This document shows, piece by piece, positions 45,801-57,102 of a stretch of 64,000 bases of DNA. Positions within the stretch are counted from its first letter, which is position 1, and the number at the start of each line of letters is the position of its first letter. Origin of the DNA: Eledone cirrhosa (lineage: Eukaryota); NCBI GenBank assembly GCA_964016885.1, contig CAXHJY010001514.1, positions 1 to 64,000 of the forward strand, written 5' to 3'. The notes beneath the pieces are model-generated. The model made no database searches. It saw nothing but the letters and a program-made list of their open reading frames with translations, and was not told where the DNA came from. The position numbers were made by a program, and so were the translations under genes.

Positions 45801-46567
45801 CAGAGGATATACGCAGACTAGAGAGGAACGAAGCTTGCATGCTCCGCTGGATGTGCAATAGTAATATACGTGAACGGCAAAGCATAAACGAACTAAGGAA
45901 AAAATTAGAAATAAGAGGGATCAGATGTTGTTTACTCGAGAGAAGGCTACGTTGGTACGGTCACGTGATGCGCATGAAAGACGACAGCTGTATAACAAAG
46001 TGCAGGGCAATAAAGATAGACGGTAGCCACGGAGTAGGCAGACCCAGAAAAACATGGGACGAGCTGATAAATTCCGACCTCACACGCTTACACCTCTCCA
46101 AGACAATGTCACTGGACCGAGACCTTTGGCGATACTCAGTAATAGAGAAGACCCGCCTTACCTAAATACAAAGTAAAAACCTACTACAGTCAGTAGGCAT
46201 CTCTATCAACCCCCCCCCCCCCCCGTCCCACCACCTCCACCCCATCCACACCGCCCCTTTCAATGTAAAGTTATGTTGGTCCCACAACATCCAGTCCGAA
46301 ACAAATGAGATCGTGTAGGTGTCACGATAAAAAAAACACACAGTCCACGCTGTAAATGTGGCCGTGTAGGCAACACGGTAAAAACCTCCCAGCCCCACAC
46401 TGTAAATGTGGTTGGTGTTAGGAAGGGCATCCAACTGTAGAAAACCCGCCAGACAGTCCTATGCGAGCAAGACAACCACTCTTGCCTCAAGTGGGAAAAC
46501 CCTCGTCCAAACCCATGCAAGCGTGGAACACGGACGCTAAACCTGATGATGATGATGATGATGATGA
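42870..46567 (+). mobile_element. Near full-length RTE-clade LINE (5' boundary approximate)
   Basis: Single long ORF; ~400-bp 3' UTR with ggttggtgttaggaagggcatcca; (tga)n tail. Confidence 0.92.
43154..46165 (+). CDS. RTE ORF: AP-endonuclease, reverse transcriptase, PHD-type C4HC3 finger
   Basis: (RVGT)MNVGTL, CIQETRW, SAYAPQ, GDLNGHVG, VDYIL, SQHRL; QFGF, AFVDLEKAFDRV, GVHQGSVLSPLLF, YADD; CSVC..CPKC..HKRC..CGRC; RLRWYGHV, GRPRKTW; uninterrupted 1003 aa. Confidence 0.95.
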   Translation: MNVGTLKGRSNEVVEMLERKEVDVCCIQETRWRGGSARFIVGKERCYHLFWVGNDNGLGGVGIMVAEKWADKIIDVNRVNDRIIKIRLVLNKTTVTVISAYAPQSGLPGAIKDRFYETLMLATSQITDSDYIVIVGDLNGHVGQHCDGYDGIHGGYGFGTRNEEGSRILEFCDANNLTICNTNFKKRDNHLITYRSGEHTSQVDYILTRRRDRVSVVNTKSLPHEEFTSQHRLIISDLIVRTRRTRQRKRTILRRKIWKLKDPIARNKFQSILLDAFDSKEEQLESYNIEEQWEFLRANLLTAADEVCGWSRPVGRRRVTWWWNSKVEESIKAKKQAWKAWRDGGSREDYQVARREARRQVYFARREAEERKFKHVLQREDQKREAFRIARQCVKENRDIVGEKCVLNDDGILAITDADKKVAWKCHYERLLNEENKWEKDSLPHIDPIEGPAVLVQGSTISKAIKDMKTGKAAGPSEIVAEMLKASGSVGHTMIVNQVVQNGVVPKDWRSSIIVNCYKGKGDALDRSNYRGIKLIDQVMKVTEKVIAQLIRERIDLDEMQFGFVSGKSTTDALFIVRQLQEKYLAKSKPLYLAFVDLEKAFDRVPRSIIWWSLRKLGVDEWLVRAIQAMYKETVSKVRINNEYSEEFSVKVGVHQGSVLSPLLFIIALQAITEEFKTGCPWEFLYADDLTLIAESMTELEKKFQTWKHGLESKGLKINLAKTKVLVCRKENKAAVPSGKWPCSVCRKGVGRNSILCPKCKVWVHKRCSGITGKLTKNIDFTCGRCSGAISSSKCPQNTSSFNCAEGSIEIVDSFRYLGDKISSGGGCSESTVARVRTGWKKFRELIPLLAARGFSLKMKGRLYDACIRTAMLHGSETWALCAEDIRRLERNEACMLRWMCNSNIRERQSINELRKKLEIRGIRCCLLERRLRWYGHVMRMKDDSCITKCRAIKIDGSHGVGRPRKTWDELINSDLTRLHLSKTMSLDRDLWRYSVIEKTRLT

Positions 46568-46609
46568 TATATATATATATATTTATATATATTTATATAT
46601 ATTTATATA

Positions 46610-46660
<51 letters not shown>

Positions 46661-46991
46661 TTATATATATTTATATATATTTATATATATTTATATATAT
46701 ATATATATATTTATATATATTTATATATATATATATATATTTATATATATTTATATATATATATATATATTTATATATATTTATATATATATATATATAT
46801 ATATTTATAATAGGAACCAGTAAGACCCCGACAGCTGAGCTCATATATATATTTATATATATGCAAAGTTTTATTTAAATTGTTGGGTTACAACGAGTAA
46901 ATATTTATAACTGATATAAAAGCACTCAACAAGTATTTGGAGTATATTTACGATATTAAATAAATGGAAACTATATTTATAAAACCATATT

Positions 46992-47057
46992 TATTTCATT
47001 ATATATATTTCAGGGATATCATATTAAAAATATGTTATGCCTTCTTCAGACAAAATA
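46992..47057 (-). ncRNA. Type I hammerhead motif
   Basis: Minus strand: tattttgt-CTGAAGA-aggcataacatatt(ttt)aatatgatatccct-GAAA-tatata-TA-atgaaata. Confidence 0.72.
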
Positions 47058-47101
47058 CAATATAAACAGTCTTATAAATTTATTTATATGTATATATTTT
47101 C

Positions 47102-47132
<31 letters not shown>

Positions 47133-47783
47133 GCCAGAGAAATGAGGGAATACTGTGTTGTGTTGGAATGTGTGATAAAACATGTGTAATAAAATGAATG
47201 GGAAATAGGACAAAACGAGACTACAAAACCGGGGACGAGAAAAACTGGGGAACGTGACAAACATAGCAATAACAACAAAAAATTATGGTTTTGCGGTGTG
47301 TGTGTATATGTGTATATATATTATATATATACTGTATATATTTGTATGTGTGTGTTCCAGATGAATGATTTAAATGTATTGTATACCAAAAACAAAATAT
47401 ATACATTATCTTTATCGTATTATCTTGCATTGCCTTTCTCGCCTCCAGCATGTATTCACGATCTAAGAGGATCGACCTGCTAGAAATAGGAGTCAAATTC
47501 TCTCAAATTACACCAGCATTCTTGTCATCGTTGACGGTTCGGTTTACCCAGGTACTGTTCACGGGGGTACTTGATTATTCCAGTTCCTTAGCCTCTATAT
47601 CATTCGCGGCAATGCTGCAACTGGCTTGATTTGCCTAAAACATTAGAGAGAGGCCCCCAGCGCCCATTTTTTTATGTGTATGGCTGAGTGTGCCGCTCTT
47701 CTCCTCCTTTTCGCTTTTTTCCTTCTTTATTAAACCTTAATCTAAGTCTATGTTTGTCTCAAGCCAGAAGACTCACCAGACTG

Positions 47784-48010
47784 GTTAGCTGTCGAGACAC
47801 TGCATCCTTTCAAACTTCCATGCTTCCCGAGATTCGCCAACACTACACCTAATGTTCCCCCTCCATACATATACACACATCTATATCATGACTCATACAC
47901 TATTCACTTCCCTGACATTTGTATATTATTCTATGTACTATACATGCACTTTTGACGAGTAGTAGTGCACCTGAGCACTTTACACAATAATTTCATTATT
48001 ATTATTATTA
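47784..48010 (+). mobile_element. Second copy of the (att)n-tailed retroelement 3' end
   Basis: Similar to 23545-23770. Confidence 0.75.
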
Positions 48011-48020
48011 CATCTATTGT

Positions 48021-48697
48021 GAAGGGCGGTGGATTGGCAGTATTGGTAGAGGGTCGGACGCCATGCTAGGGTGGTGGATTGGCAGTATCGGGGGAGGGTC
48101 GGGCGCCATGCTAGGGTGGTGGATTGGCAGTATTGGTAGAGGGTCGGACGCCATGCTAGGGTGGTGGATTGGCAGTATCGGGGGAGGGTCGGGCGCCATG
48201 CTAGGGTGGTGGATTGGCAGTATTGGGAGAGGGTCGGACGCCATGCTAGGGTGGTGGATTGGCAGTATTGGGAGAGGGTCGGACGCCATGCTAGGGTGGT
48301 GGATTGGCAGTATTGGTAGAAGGTCGGACGCCATGCTAGGGTGGTGGATTGGCAGTATTGGGAGAGGGTCGGACGCCATGCTAGGGCGGTGGATTGGCAG
48401 TATTGGGAGAGGGTCGGACGCCATGCTAGGGCGGTGGATTGGCAGTATTGGTAGAGGGTCGGACGCCATGCTAGGGTGGTGGATTGGCAGTATTGGTAGA
48501 AGGTCGGACGCCATGCTAGGGTGGTGGATTGGCAGTATTGGTAGAAGGTCGGACGCCATGCTAGGGTGGTGGATTGGCAGTATTGGGAGAGGGTCGGACG
48601 CCATGCTAGGGCGGTGGATTGGCAGTATTGGGAGAGGGTCGGACGCCATGCTAGGGTGGTGGATTGGCAGTATTGGTAGAGGGTCGGACGCCATGCT
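48021..48697 (+). repeat. 45-bp minisatellite x15, amplified from a SINE head
   Basis: ggtggattggcagtattggtagagggtcggacgccatgctagggt; last unit runs directly into the SINE body. Confidence 0.95.
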
Positions 48698-48847
48698 TTG
48701 ATGTATAGAGTTACGGTCCTTGCCATTCTGAGTTCAAATCCCGCCGAGGATAACTTTGTCTTCATCCTTACGGGGTCGATAAAATAAAGTACCAGTAATG
48801 CACTGGGTATTTGCTGGCCTTGTGCCAAACGTAGAAACAATTATTAC
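48655..48847 (+). mobile_element. tRNA-derived SINE with Nin-like core
   Basis: A-box-like tggcagtattgg, B-box gttcaaatcc, core ttcatccttacggggtcgataaaataaagtacc, end ggccttgtgccaaacgtagaaac. Confidence 0.85.
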
Positions 48848-49085
48848 ATCTGTTGTAATCCATTACAAAGACTCAATACAGACGCCCAATACTTTATTTC
48901 ACAGTATCGTCTGAAATACGGACATGTTTAGCGATGTTATTCCGGGTTTACTTTTATCATAGGTATTCTCCATCTCGACTAACCAATGCTATAAAAACAT
49001 GTAGACATCTTTTTTTTATATAGTTTGGGGATAATTGACAAGTGATCTCGTTTTGAAAATGAAAATATCGTCTGATTCACTGGAT

Positions 49086-49119
<34 letters not shown>

Positions 49120-49194
49120 CACACACACACGGAAGAAAGAAAGAGATGTCGGGGCGGTGTTTCGGCTGCGCTGCAAAGACATTTCCGCGGACAA

Positions 49195-49327
49195 TAGCCA
49201 GAGGTACCCGCTACAACAGCCACCCTCTCTCACGTGGTTCTTTCATCAAACAGGGCTACTGTAGCCAGAGGTACCCGCTACAACAGCCACCCTCTCTCAC
49301 GTGGTTCTTTCATCAAACAGGCTACTG
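49195..49327. repeat. 67-bp tandem duplication in a GC/CpG-rich unique segment
   Basis: tagccagaggtacccgctacaacagccaccctctctcacgtggttc..catcaaacagg.ctactg occurs twice. Confidence 0.85.
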
Positions 49328-49559
49328 ACATTCCGAACGGAGAAGCTCAGCTTTCCGAGGACGCCTGAGGTCTCTCAACAATGACCAGTGCAAAGAGGAA
49401 GTGACCAGCCCCGGTGTTTGCTTGTCTTCCTGACCCTAGTTTTGAATCAATTCCCACCGTTTAATAACACTGATTATATACAGAAACTATTTCAGCGATA
49501 ATAAATAATTCTAAGACATTCTTTCTAATTGTTTTGACGATGTTTTGATTGCGAGATAA

Positions 49560-49780
49560 CAATGGTTTCTACTTTAGACACAAGATCAGCAATGTGGGGG
49601 AGGGGAATGGCAATTAAATCGACCCAGTGCATGACAGGTACTTTATTTTATTAACCCCGTAAAGATGAAATGCAAAGCTAACGTCGGCTGGATTTGAACT
49701 CAGAAAGTAATGGGATGTAACTATATGCCACAAAGCATGTTGTCGGACGCTCCACCGATTACTACCAATCTACCGCCCTT
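49560..49780 (-). mobile_element. tRNA-derived SINE with Nin-like core
   Basis: Reverse complement of the 48655-48847 family. Confidence 0.75.
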
Positions 49781-50291
49781 AATTGCGACATAATAACAGA
49801 CATTATATTTATTCATAAAGATATAATAAGGAAAACCAAAACCTGTACACTCTCGTCAAATCTCATTACGACGTGAATCTCTGCTTTCTGATTGGTCAAT
49901 TATAGCTGGGTGGGCGGTCTTTAGGAGCCACAACTTAGAATCGCTTCCAAGTCACTAAAAGATCGACAGTCGATACTTATAAAACTATAAAACACTGCCT
50001 CTTAAAAGTAGTCTTTTATTAGACTTTTGTAAATGTAAATAGTATATAAAACTATGTTTCTCAAACTAGAACCTTCCGAATGTTAAGAAGTTAACAAAGC
50101 TACACAGACGACAGACAGACGACAGATTTAACAATGGGTGGGACACAGTAAAATAGGTGGGAACAATAGTAGAGGCTGGTGCTTAGGTAGTGGATGATAT
50201 TAATGATAAACATTGTAAACGGAGAAAGAGAAGTTAATCTTTGGTGAGGTAAAACATTATTAACGAATAGTAGATATATACTAATACGAAG

Positions 50292-50339
<48 letters not shown>

Positions 50340-50776
50340 TTAATGTCTGTTATACAGAAACTGCGTAATCTGATGGCCTCAACATGAAAAAGCCCCCCCC
50401 CCCCCTATACTAATATTTAGAGCGGGTTAAGGGTTGGTAAATATCTGAGGATTATGGAGGATGTCTTAGTTCTAATATAGACAATTTATGATAGGCTTTG
50501 TTTTTATGTATTTTTACGAGTTTGGCATCCGATGGTCTTATCTACTGGGATGGTCTTATCTAATGTGATGGTCTTATCTGCTGGGTGTCTTGTACATTGT
50601 TGGTTTTGTTTTCTGAGTATTATTTACATAAAGGGTATACAGTAATTACTTTGTGTTTGTTCTGGGTATATCTACGTTCAGATTTATGTATTTGACGGTC
50701 CTACTTGTTTATATACATATATAATATGTGGTGGGTAGTTATTGCTGATGAGTAGACTAGTTGGAGCAATAACGGT

Positions 50777-50812
<36 letters not shown>

Positions 50813-51346
50813 GTATATAAAATAGGAGACCGGAAGAAACTATCTTATTACATACAATAAATAGTATTTATTTCCTCTAAAGTTGAAATCTTTTTATAGT
50901 AAAAACTAGTTTCTTATTTATCATTTGCTACCTTTCAAAACACAGCTAGTTACTAGTTTATCGTCTGCTACCTAGAACTTACCTAGTTGCAGACACTTCG
51001 CCCTCCATGACGCACCCCAATTTTGACAACCAAAAATTTTAAAAATAACAATAAACATTAAAATAAGGTTCCGACACCTCGGGTCTTGTTAACTAATTTT
51101 TAGTGATATTTTGTTTATTTACTACTTTAACTAAGTATAATTTATGTACAGGGGGAGTTCAGATTACTGTCTAGCAGAGATAATTTTCCTCTGGGGTTAG
51201 GATATGTCTATGTGAAACATAACCTTTGGCCTCCTCCAAGACACTCGGTTGATTTTTAAGACTTATTTTAGGAAAAAGATAGGCGTCTTCCACACAGCGA
51301 AATACGGTAATTGTTTATCGTCAGCTACCACCGAGAACATACCTAG

Positions 51347-51409
<63 letters not shown>

Positions 51410-51825
51410 GACACTATAGAAGATTTACCCTAGAAATATTTATCGTCTGCTATAACACAGGAATTACTTGTCTGTTGATATATAATATATTTAGTTATTT
51501 ATCTATATTTACTCATTGTTTATTTATTTCATCCATATATTTAGTTATTTAGACATTATATATATTTAGAATTTACTATATATTTAGCCATTATATATAT
51601 ATATTTAGACATATATATATTTAGCTAACTATATATTTAGACATTTTAATCAATATAGCCAAGATCTCGAAATGTCATTTTTACCTACCCCACCCCTCTT
51701 TATCAGTATACCTGTTGATCGAATCTCGTTGATTGAATCTTCTTACGCCTATAACTTCTGCAATACATCAATAATATTCGATCTGAAATTAGAAATCAAT
51801 ATTATCCAAAGAAAAATTAGAATTC

Positions 51826-52086
51826 AATAATATTTCATCTGGACATCTTTTTATTCCCACAACCTCTACTATATACCAAATAATATTTCATCTGGACATC
51901 TTTTTGTGACCACAACATTTGCTATATACCAAATAATATTTCATCTGGACATCCTTTTGTGCCCACAACATCTATATACCAAATATTTCATCTGGACAAC
52001 TTTTTGTGCCCATAACCTCTACTATATATGAAATATTTCATCTGGACATCTTGTGGTATATACCAAACAACCTTCCATCTGGACAT
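51826..52086. repeat. ~50-bp degenerate tandem repeat x5-6
   Basis: aatatttcatctggacatc...atataccaaa. Confidence 0.8.
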
Positions 52087-52387
52087 TCCGCTGGACCTTC
52101 TTCAGGTGCTAAAGACTGCAGGTTTAACCCCAAACCTGTCTCTAAGCAGGTTGGTGCCAGTCTTTACCAATTTGTTGAAGGTCTTCTTATATCAGTGATG
52201 TACTCAATATTAATGATGCCACCGGCCACACTAACAGACGACCCTTTTAAACACTCCTGGTCAGTGAAACATACCTTCTCTTTATATTTAACTTTACCCA
52301 ATATTAATTTAACAAGAATTTCATATCACTTTATTGTTTCCTTCTCTCTCTATATATATATATACATATACATATATATAGTATTAT

Positions 52388-52429
<42 letters not shown>

Positions 52430-52525
52430 CTATCTCTCTCTCTCTACTCTATCTCTCTCTCTCTATATATATATATGCCTCTATCTCTCTCTCTATATAT
52501 ATATATATGCCTCTATCTCTCTCTC

Positions 52526-52602
<77 letters not shown>

Positions 52603-52670
52603 ATATGTTTCTCTCGCTCGCTCCCCATTTCTTCTTCTTCTCCCCATTTTTTCACATATACATACATACA

Positions 52671-52728
<58 letters not shown>

Positions 52729-52839
52729 CTTGACCGACCAGTCTATCGGGCGTCCATTCGGCGCCGCTGGTCACAGCACGTCATGCTGTTTTAGCCATAA
52801 GATAACGCCATCCCACTGGCTGGGCGGGCAGGTCGGTAT

Positions 52840-52938
52840 CTCATTTCTACAGCTGAGTAAACTGGAGCAATGTGAAATAAAGTGTCTTGCTCAAGGAAAC
52901 AACACATCACCTGGTCTGAGAATTGAACTCACAACCTT

Positions 52939-52942
<4 letters not shown>
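52840..52942 (-). mobile_element. Head and core fragment of the 39909 SINE family
   Basis: Reverse complement of 39953-40053. Confidence 0.85.
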
Positions 52943-52985
<43 letters not shown>

Positions 52986-52989
<4 letters not shown>

Positions 52990-53222
52990 CGGGTAAAATT
53001 CCCGAGATCCATGGACGAGTTCTCTCCAGCGGTCTCTGTCCCTCATTATCGCTGCCATGTCCTGCGTCTCCAACAGACCAGCGTCTGTCCTTAGGGCATC
53101 AACATACGTTAACCTTGGTCTTCCTCTTCTAGTGTGTCCATGTAGGGGCTCCCAAAGGAGCACTGAGTGCAATGTCAACTCTGGATGTCGGTGAGCATGT
53201 CCAGCTAACCTCAGTCTCCTCT
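52986..53222 (-). mobile_element. 3' end of RTE-like LINE (family C)
   Basis: Near-identical reverse complement of 16337-16574. Confidence 0.82.
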
Positions 53223-53303
53223 ATTGAGTTTTGTCATATCTTACTCACTACCATGACTGAGTCTTAACCATCTACTATGTCAGGGTATGTCATGCATTAT
53301 CTT

Positions 53304-53368
53304 ATTTTATCTGATGAGGACGTACTGTTGAAGTTAGCTCAGTACCTCTGAAATATGTATAATAAAAT
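53304..53368 (+). ncRNA. Type I hammerhead motif
   Basis: attttat-CTGATGA-gga.c.gtactg(ttgaagttagct)cagtac.c.tct-GAAA-tatgta-TA-ataaaat. Confidence 0.75.
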
Positions 53369-53410
53369 ATATTTGATCACAAGAAGTTCTATTTTTGTTA
53401 ATACTTTGAA

Positions 53411-53449
<39 letters not shown>

Positions 53450-53454
<5 letters not shown>

Positions 53455-53588
53455 AACGAGTAGGGCCCCGACGGCTGAGCTCAAGCCGTTTCGACGGCTA
53501 ATTCTGGACTAAAAAAAAATGTTTTTTAGTCCAGAATTACCCGTTGAAACGGCTTGAGCTCAGCCGTCGGGGTCCTACTCGTTCCTAT
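53450..53588. repeat. Fold-back palindrome whose arms hold the 3' half of a hammerhead
   Basis: ~63-bp arms; right arm GAAA-cggct(tgagctc)agccg-TC-ggggtcc at 53546-53575. Confidence 0.8.
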
Positions 53589-53742
53589 TACCCACTCTAC
53601 TACCCTAAGTATTGAGTACTTTGGTGCGTTATGGTCCACCTCGTTCCTTACCACATTTCCTTCGTTATATATATGCCTCTATCTCTCTCTATATGTATAT
53701 ATATATATACACACACACACACACATATATTACATATTCATA

Positions 53743-56448
53743 TCATCATCAACACCGTTTTACGTTCGTTCTTCCATGCTAGCATGGGTTAGACGGGTTG
53801 TCCTGTTGTGGGCAGTGTCCAGTCGGCTGACCTTGTCTTGCTCATACAGGAACTGATTCTGGCTTGATTTCTACAGCTGGATGCCCTTCCTAACACCAAC
53901 CTCATTTACAGTGAGTGCTGGGTGCTTTTTTGCCGTGGCACCTCCACGACCACTTTTCAGTGGGAGGGGGTGGGGGCATATTGTCTATATGCTTCAGCTT
54001 CAGCTTGTACCAGTGGGGGCTCGGGTCTTCTGTATAACTGCATGACGCCAGAGGTTACGGTCCTGTGTCATCGCCTTTGAGAGGTGTAATTTGGTAAGAT
54101 CGGCTTTTATCACCTCAACCCAGGTCTTCTTGGGTCTCCCCACTCCGTGGCTTCCATCAACTTCTAGTGCTCTGCACCTTTTTATGCAGCTGTCATCTTT
54201 TAAACGCATCACATGTCCATACCAACGCATCCGCCTCTCCTGCACACAGCATTTGATTCCTCTTATGCTCAGTCTCTCTCTCAGTTCGTTTATGCTTTGC
54301 CTTTCGCGTATATTACTATTACACATCCATCGGAGCATGTAAGCTTCGTTTCTTTCTAATCTACAGAGAGCGCCCTGGTCTCACTACCATGTAACATTGC
54401 TGTTCGGATACACGCATCATACAGTCTGCCTTTCATTTTGAGGGAAAAGCCTTTTGCAGCTAGCAGTGGCCTGTAGCTCCCTGAAATTCTTCCATCCCGT
54501 TCTTACCCTGGTTATTGTACTTTCCGAACACCCACCTCCGCTGCTAATTCGGTCACCTAGGTAGTAGAAGCTCTCTACTGTTTTTACAGAGCCCTCCCAG
54601 AGTTTGGTGGTACTTGTTTCCTGTGGCTGTCCCAGCACATCTGCTACAGGTGAAGCCTACATTCTTAACTAAACTTCCTGAGATACCACTACATCTCTTG
54701 TGTACCCATAGTTTGCATTTGGGGCAGAGGATGGAGTTCCTACCTACACCTTTCCTACATACTGAGCAAGGCCATTTCCCTGAGGGGATCTGAGTTCTGT
54801 TTTCTCGTCTACTTATGAGGACTTTAGTCTTTGTCAGGTTGACTTTAAGACCCTTTCTTTCTAGTCCCTCCTTCCATGTTTGGAATTTCTTCTTTAGTTC
54901 TGCCATAGATTCAGCTATAAGTGTAAGATCATCCACATCCAGTTTTAAACTCCTCTGTTACAGCCTGCAATACTATAATAAGCAGGAGAGGGCTAAGAAC
55001 AGAGCCCCGGTGGACACCAACCTGTATGCTAAATTCCTCGCTATAGTCATTGTTAACCCTAACTTTGCTGGCTGCTCTCCTATACATGGCTTGTACAGCT
55101 TTCACAAGCCATTCATCTAGTTTTCTAAGAGCCCACCAGATTATAGCATGGGGCACTCTGTTGAAGGCTTTTTCCAGATCAACAAATGCCAGGTAGAGCG
55201 GCTTACTTTTAACTAGGTACTTTTCCTGTGACTGCCTCACAAGGATGAGGGCATCAGTGGTGCCTTTTCCTGACAAACCCAAATTGCATCTCATCTAGTT
55301 TTACCCTAATCAGCTGTGCTATAACTCTTTCTGTTACTTTCATGATCTGGTCCATCAGCTTTATACCTCTATAGTTCCCTCTATCTAGTGCATCTCCTTT
55401 ACCCTTGTAGCAGTTGACAATGATGCTGCTGCACCAATCCTTTGTAGTATTACCTTCTAGTATTACCTGATTAACAATATATGTGGTTATGGTGTGACCT
55501 TCCGACCCAGATGCCTTCAGCATCTCGGCAGCTATACCTGATGGACCAGTTGCCTTCCCAGTCTTCATATCTTTAATTGCCTTACTTACTACGCTGCTGC
55601 TGACTTGTATTGCTGGCTCCGCCATAGGGTCCACTTGGGGTAGGGTCTCTTCTTCCCATGCATTCTCCTCATTTAGTAATCTTTCATAATGGCTCTTCCA
55701 TGCATCTTTCTTCTCGGCACTTGTGAGGGCAAACTCATTTTTATCATTCTGGACACACTTCTCTCCAATGACATCACAATTCTCTCTGACACACTGCCTC
55801 GCAATCCTGAACACCTCCTGTTTCTGGTCCTCACATTGCAAAGCATGCTTGAATTTTCTATCCTCCACTTCCCTTCTAGCTAAGTATACTTGTCGCCTAG
55901 CTTCCCTCTTGGTCTCTATGCAATGTACCCTGCTTGCCCCATTTTTCCATTCTTTTCATGCCTGTCTCTTGGCCTTAATTGCTTGATCTACCTTATTGTT
56001 CCACCACAAAGTCACTCTCATCCTCCCTGTAGACTTGCTGCAACCACAAATCTCATCCATCGCCTTTAGTAAGTTATTTTTTAGGAACTCCCAGTGCTCT
56101 TCTACATTGAATGTCTCTATCTGTTCTTCTTTTCTGTCATAGGCGTTGAGTAAAATATCTTTAAATCTGTTACTAGCTGAGGGGTCTTTCAGCTTCCAGA
56201 TCATTCTTCCCCAGGTTGGCTTCTGCTTCCAAGTTCATCTAGTTCTGACCGTGAGGTCACTGACAACTAAGTTATGTTGGGAGGTACATTCCTCACCAGG
56301 GAAGGCTTTTGTATATACAACTGTCCATCTCGTCCTCTGATAAGGATAAAATCTATCTGACTAGAATGCTCCCTTGATCTATAGGTAATCAGATGGTTGT
56401 CGGGTTTTTTTAAGTTTGTGTTACATATCGACATGTCATTGGCGTCAC
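53743..56448 (-). pseudogene. Degenerate 5'-truncated RTE LINE (family B) with many frameshifts
   Basis: ORF pieces 56267-56614, 55956-56204, 55254-55868, 54929-55294, 54553-54936, 54417-54638, 54000-54338 are collinear with the 1003-aa ORF; YADD disrupted; 3' UTR and (tga)n tail present. Confidence 0.93.
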
Positions 56449-56510
56449 ACATATATATATATACACACACATATATATATATACACACACATACACACAT
56501 ATATCTATAT

Positions 56511-56547
<37 letters not shown>

Positions 56548-57102
56548 CACACGCATACACACATATACATATACACTCACACATATATATATACACACAC
56601 ACACATACACACATATATATATATATGAGATTATAGTGTAATAGTTCACTATTTTCATTGGTAAGATGAGATAAGCTCGGAGCACTTTTTCAGCCATTCG
56701 TTCTTCAGGAATGAACAGAAACTCGAGGAATAAACACCAGTTCCAGTAGCAGAGAATTTATAATTCAAGAAAACCAAGTATTATTATTATTTATTTAATA
56801 ATACTATCCTTGGTTTTCTTGAATTTTGAATTATATCATGTATGTATATCATGTATGTATATACATGTATATATTACACACACACACATAAGTTTATACA
56901 AATGAAACGGTTCTAATCCTGTAGAAGCCTCTTCTATATAAACTTCTGTCTTCACTCTACACATGTATTGAGTACCTCATTTACTATCGTTACCCCTGAC
57001 TCAACTTGGGATCTACCTATTATATAGGAAGAGCAGTTCATAAATTGCAGTAATTCAAAGTTTGTTGGTGATCTGAAGGGTTAGAGTTAGGGTAGAGTTT
57101 CA

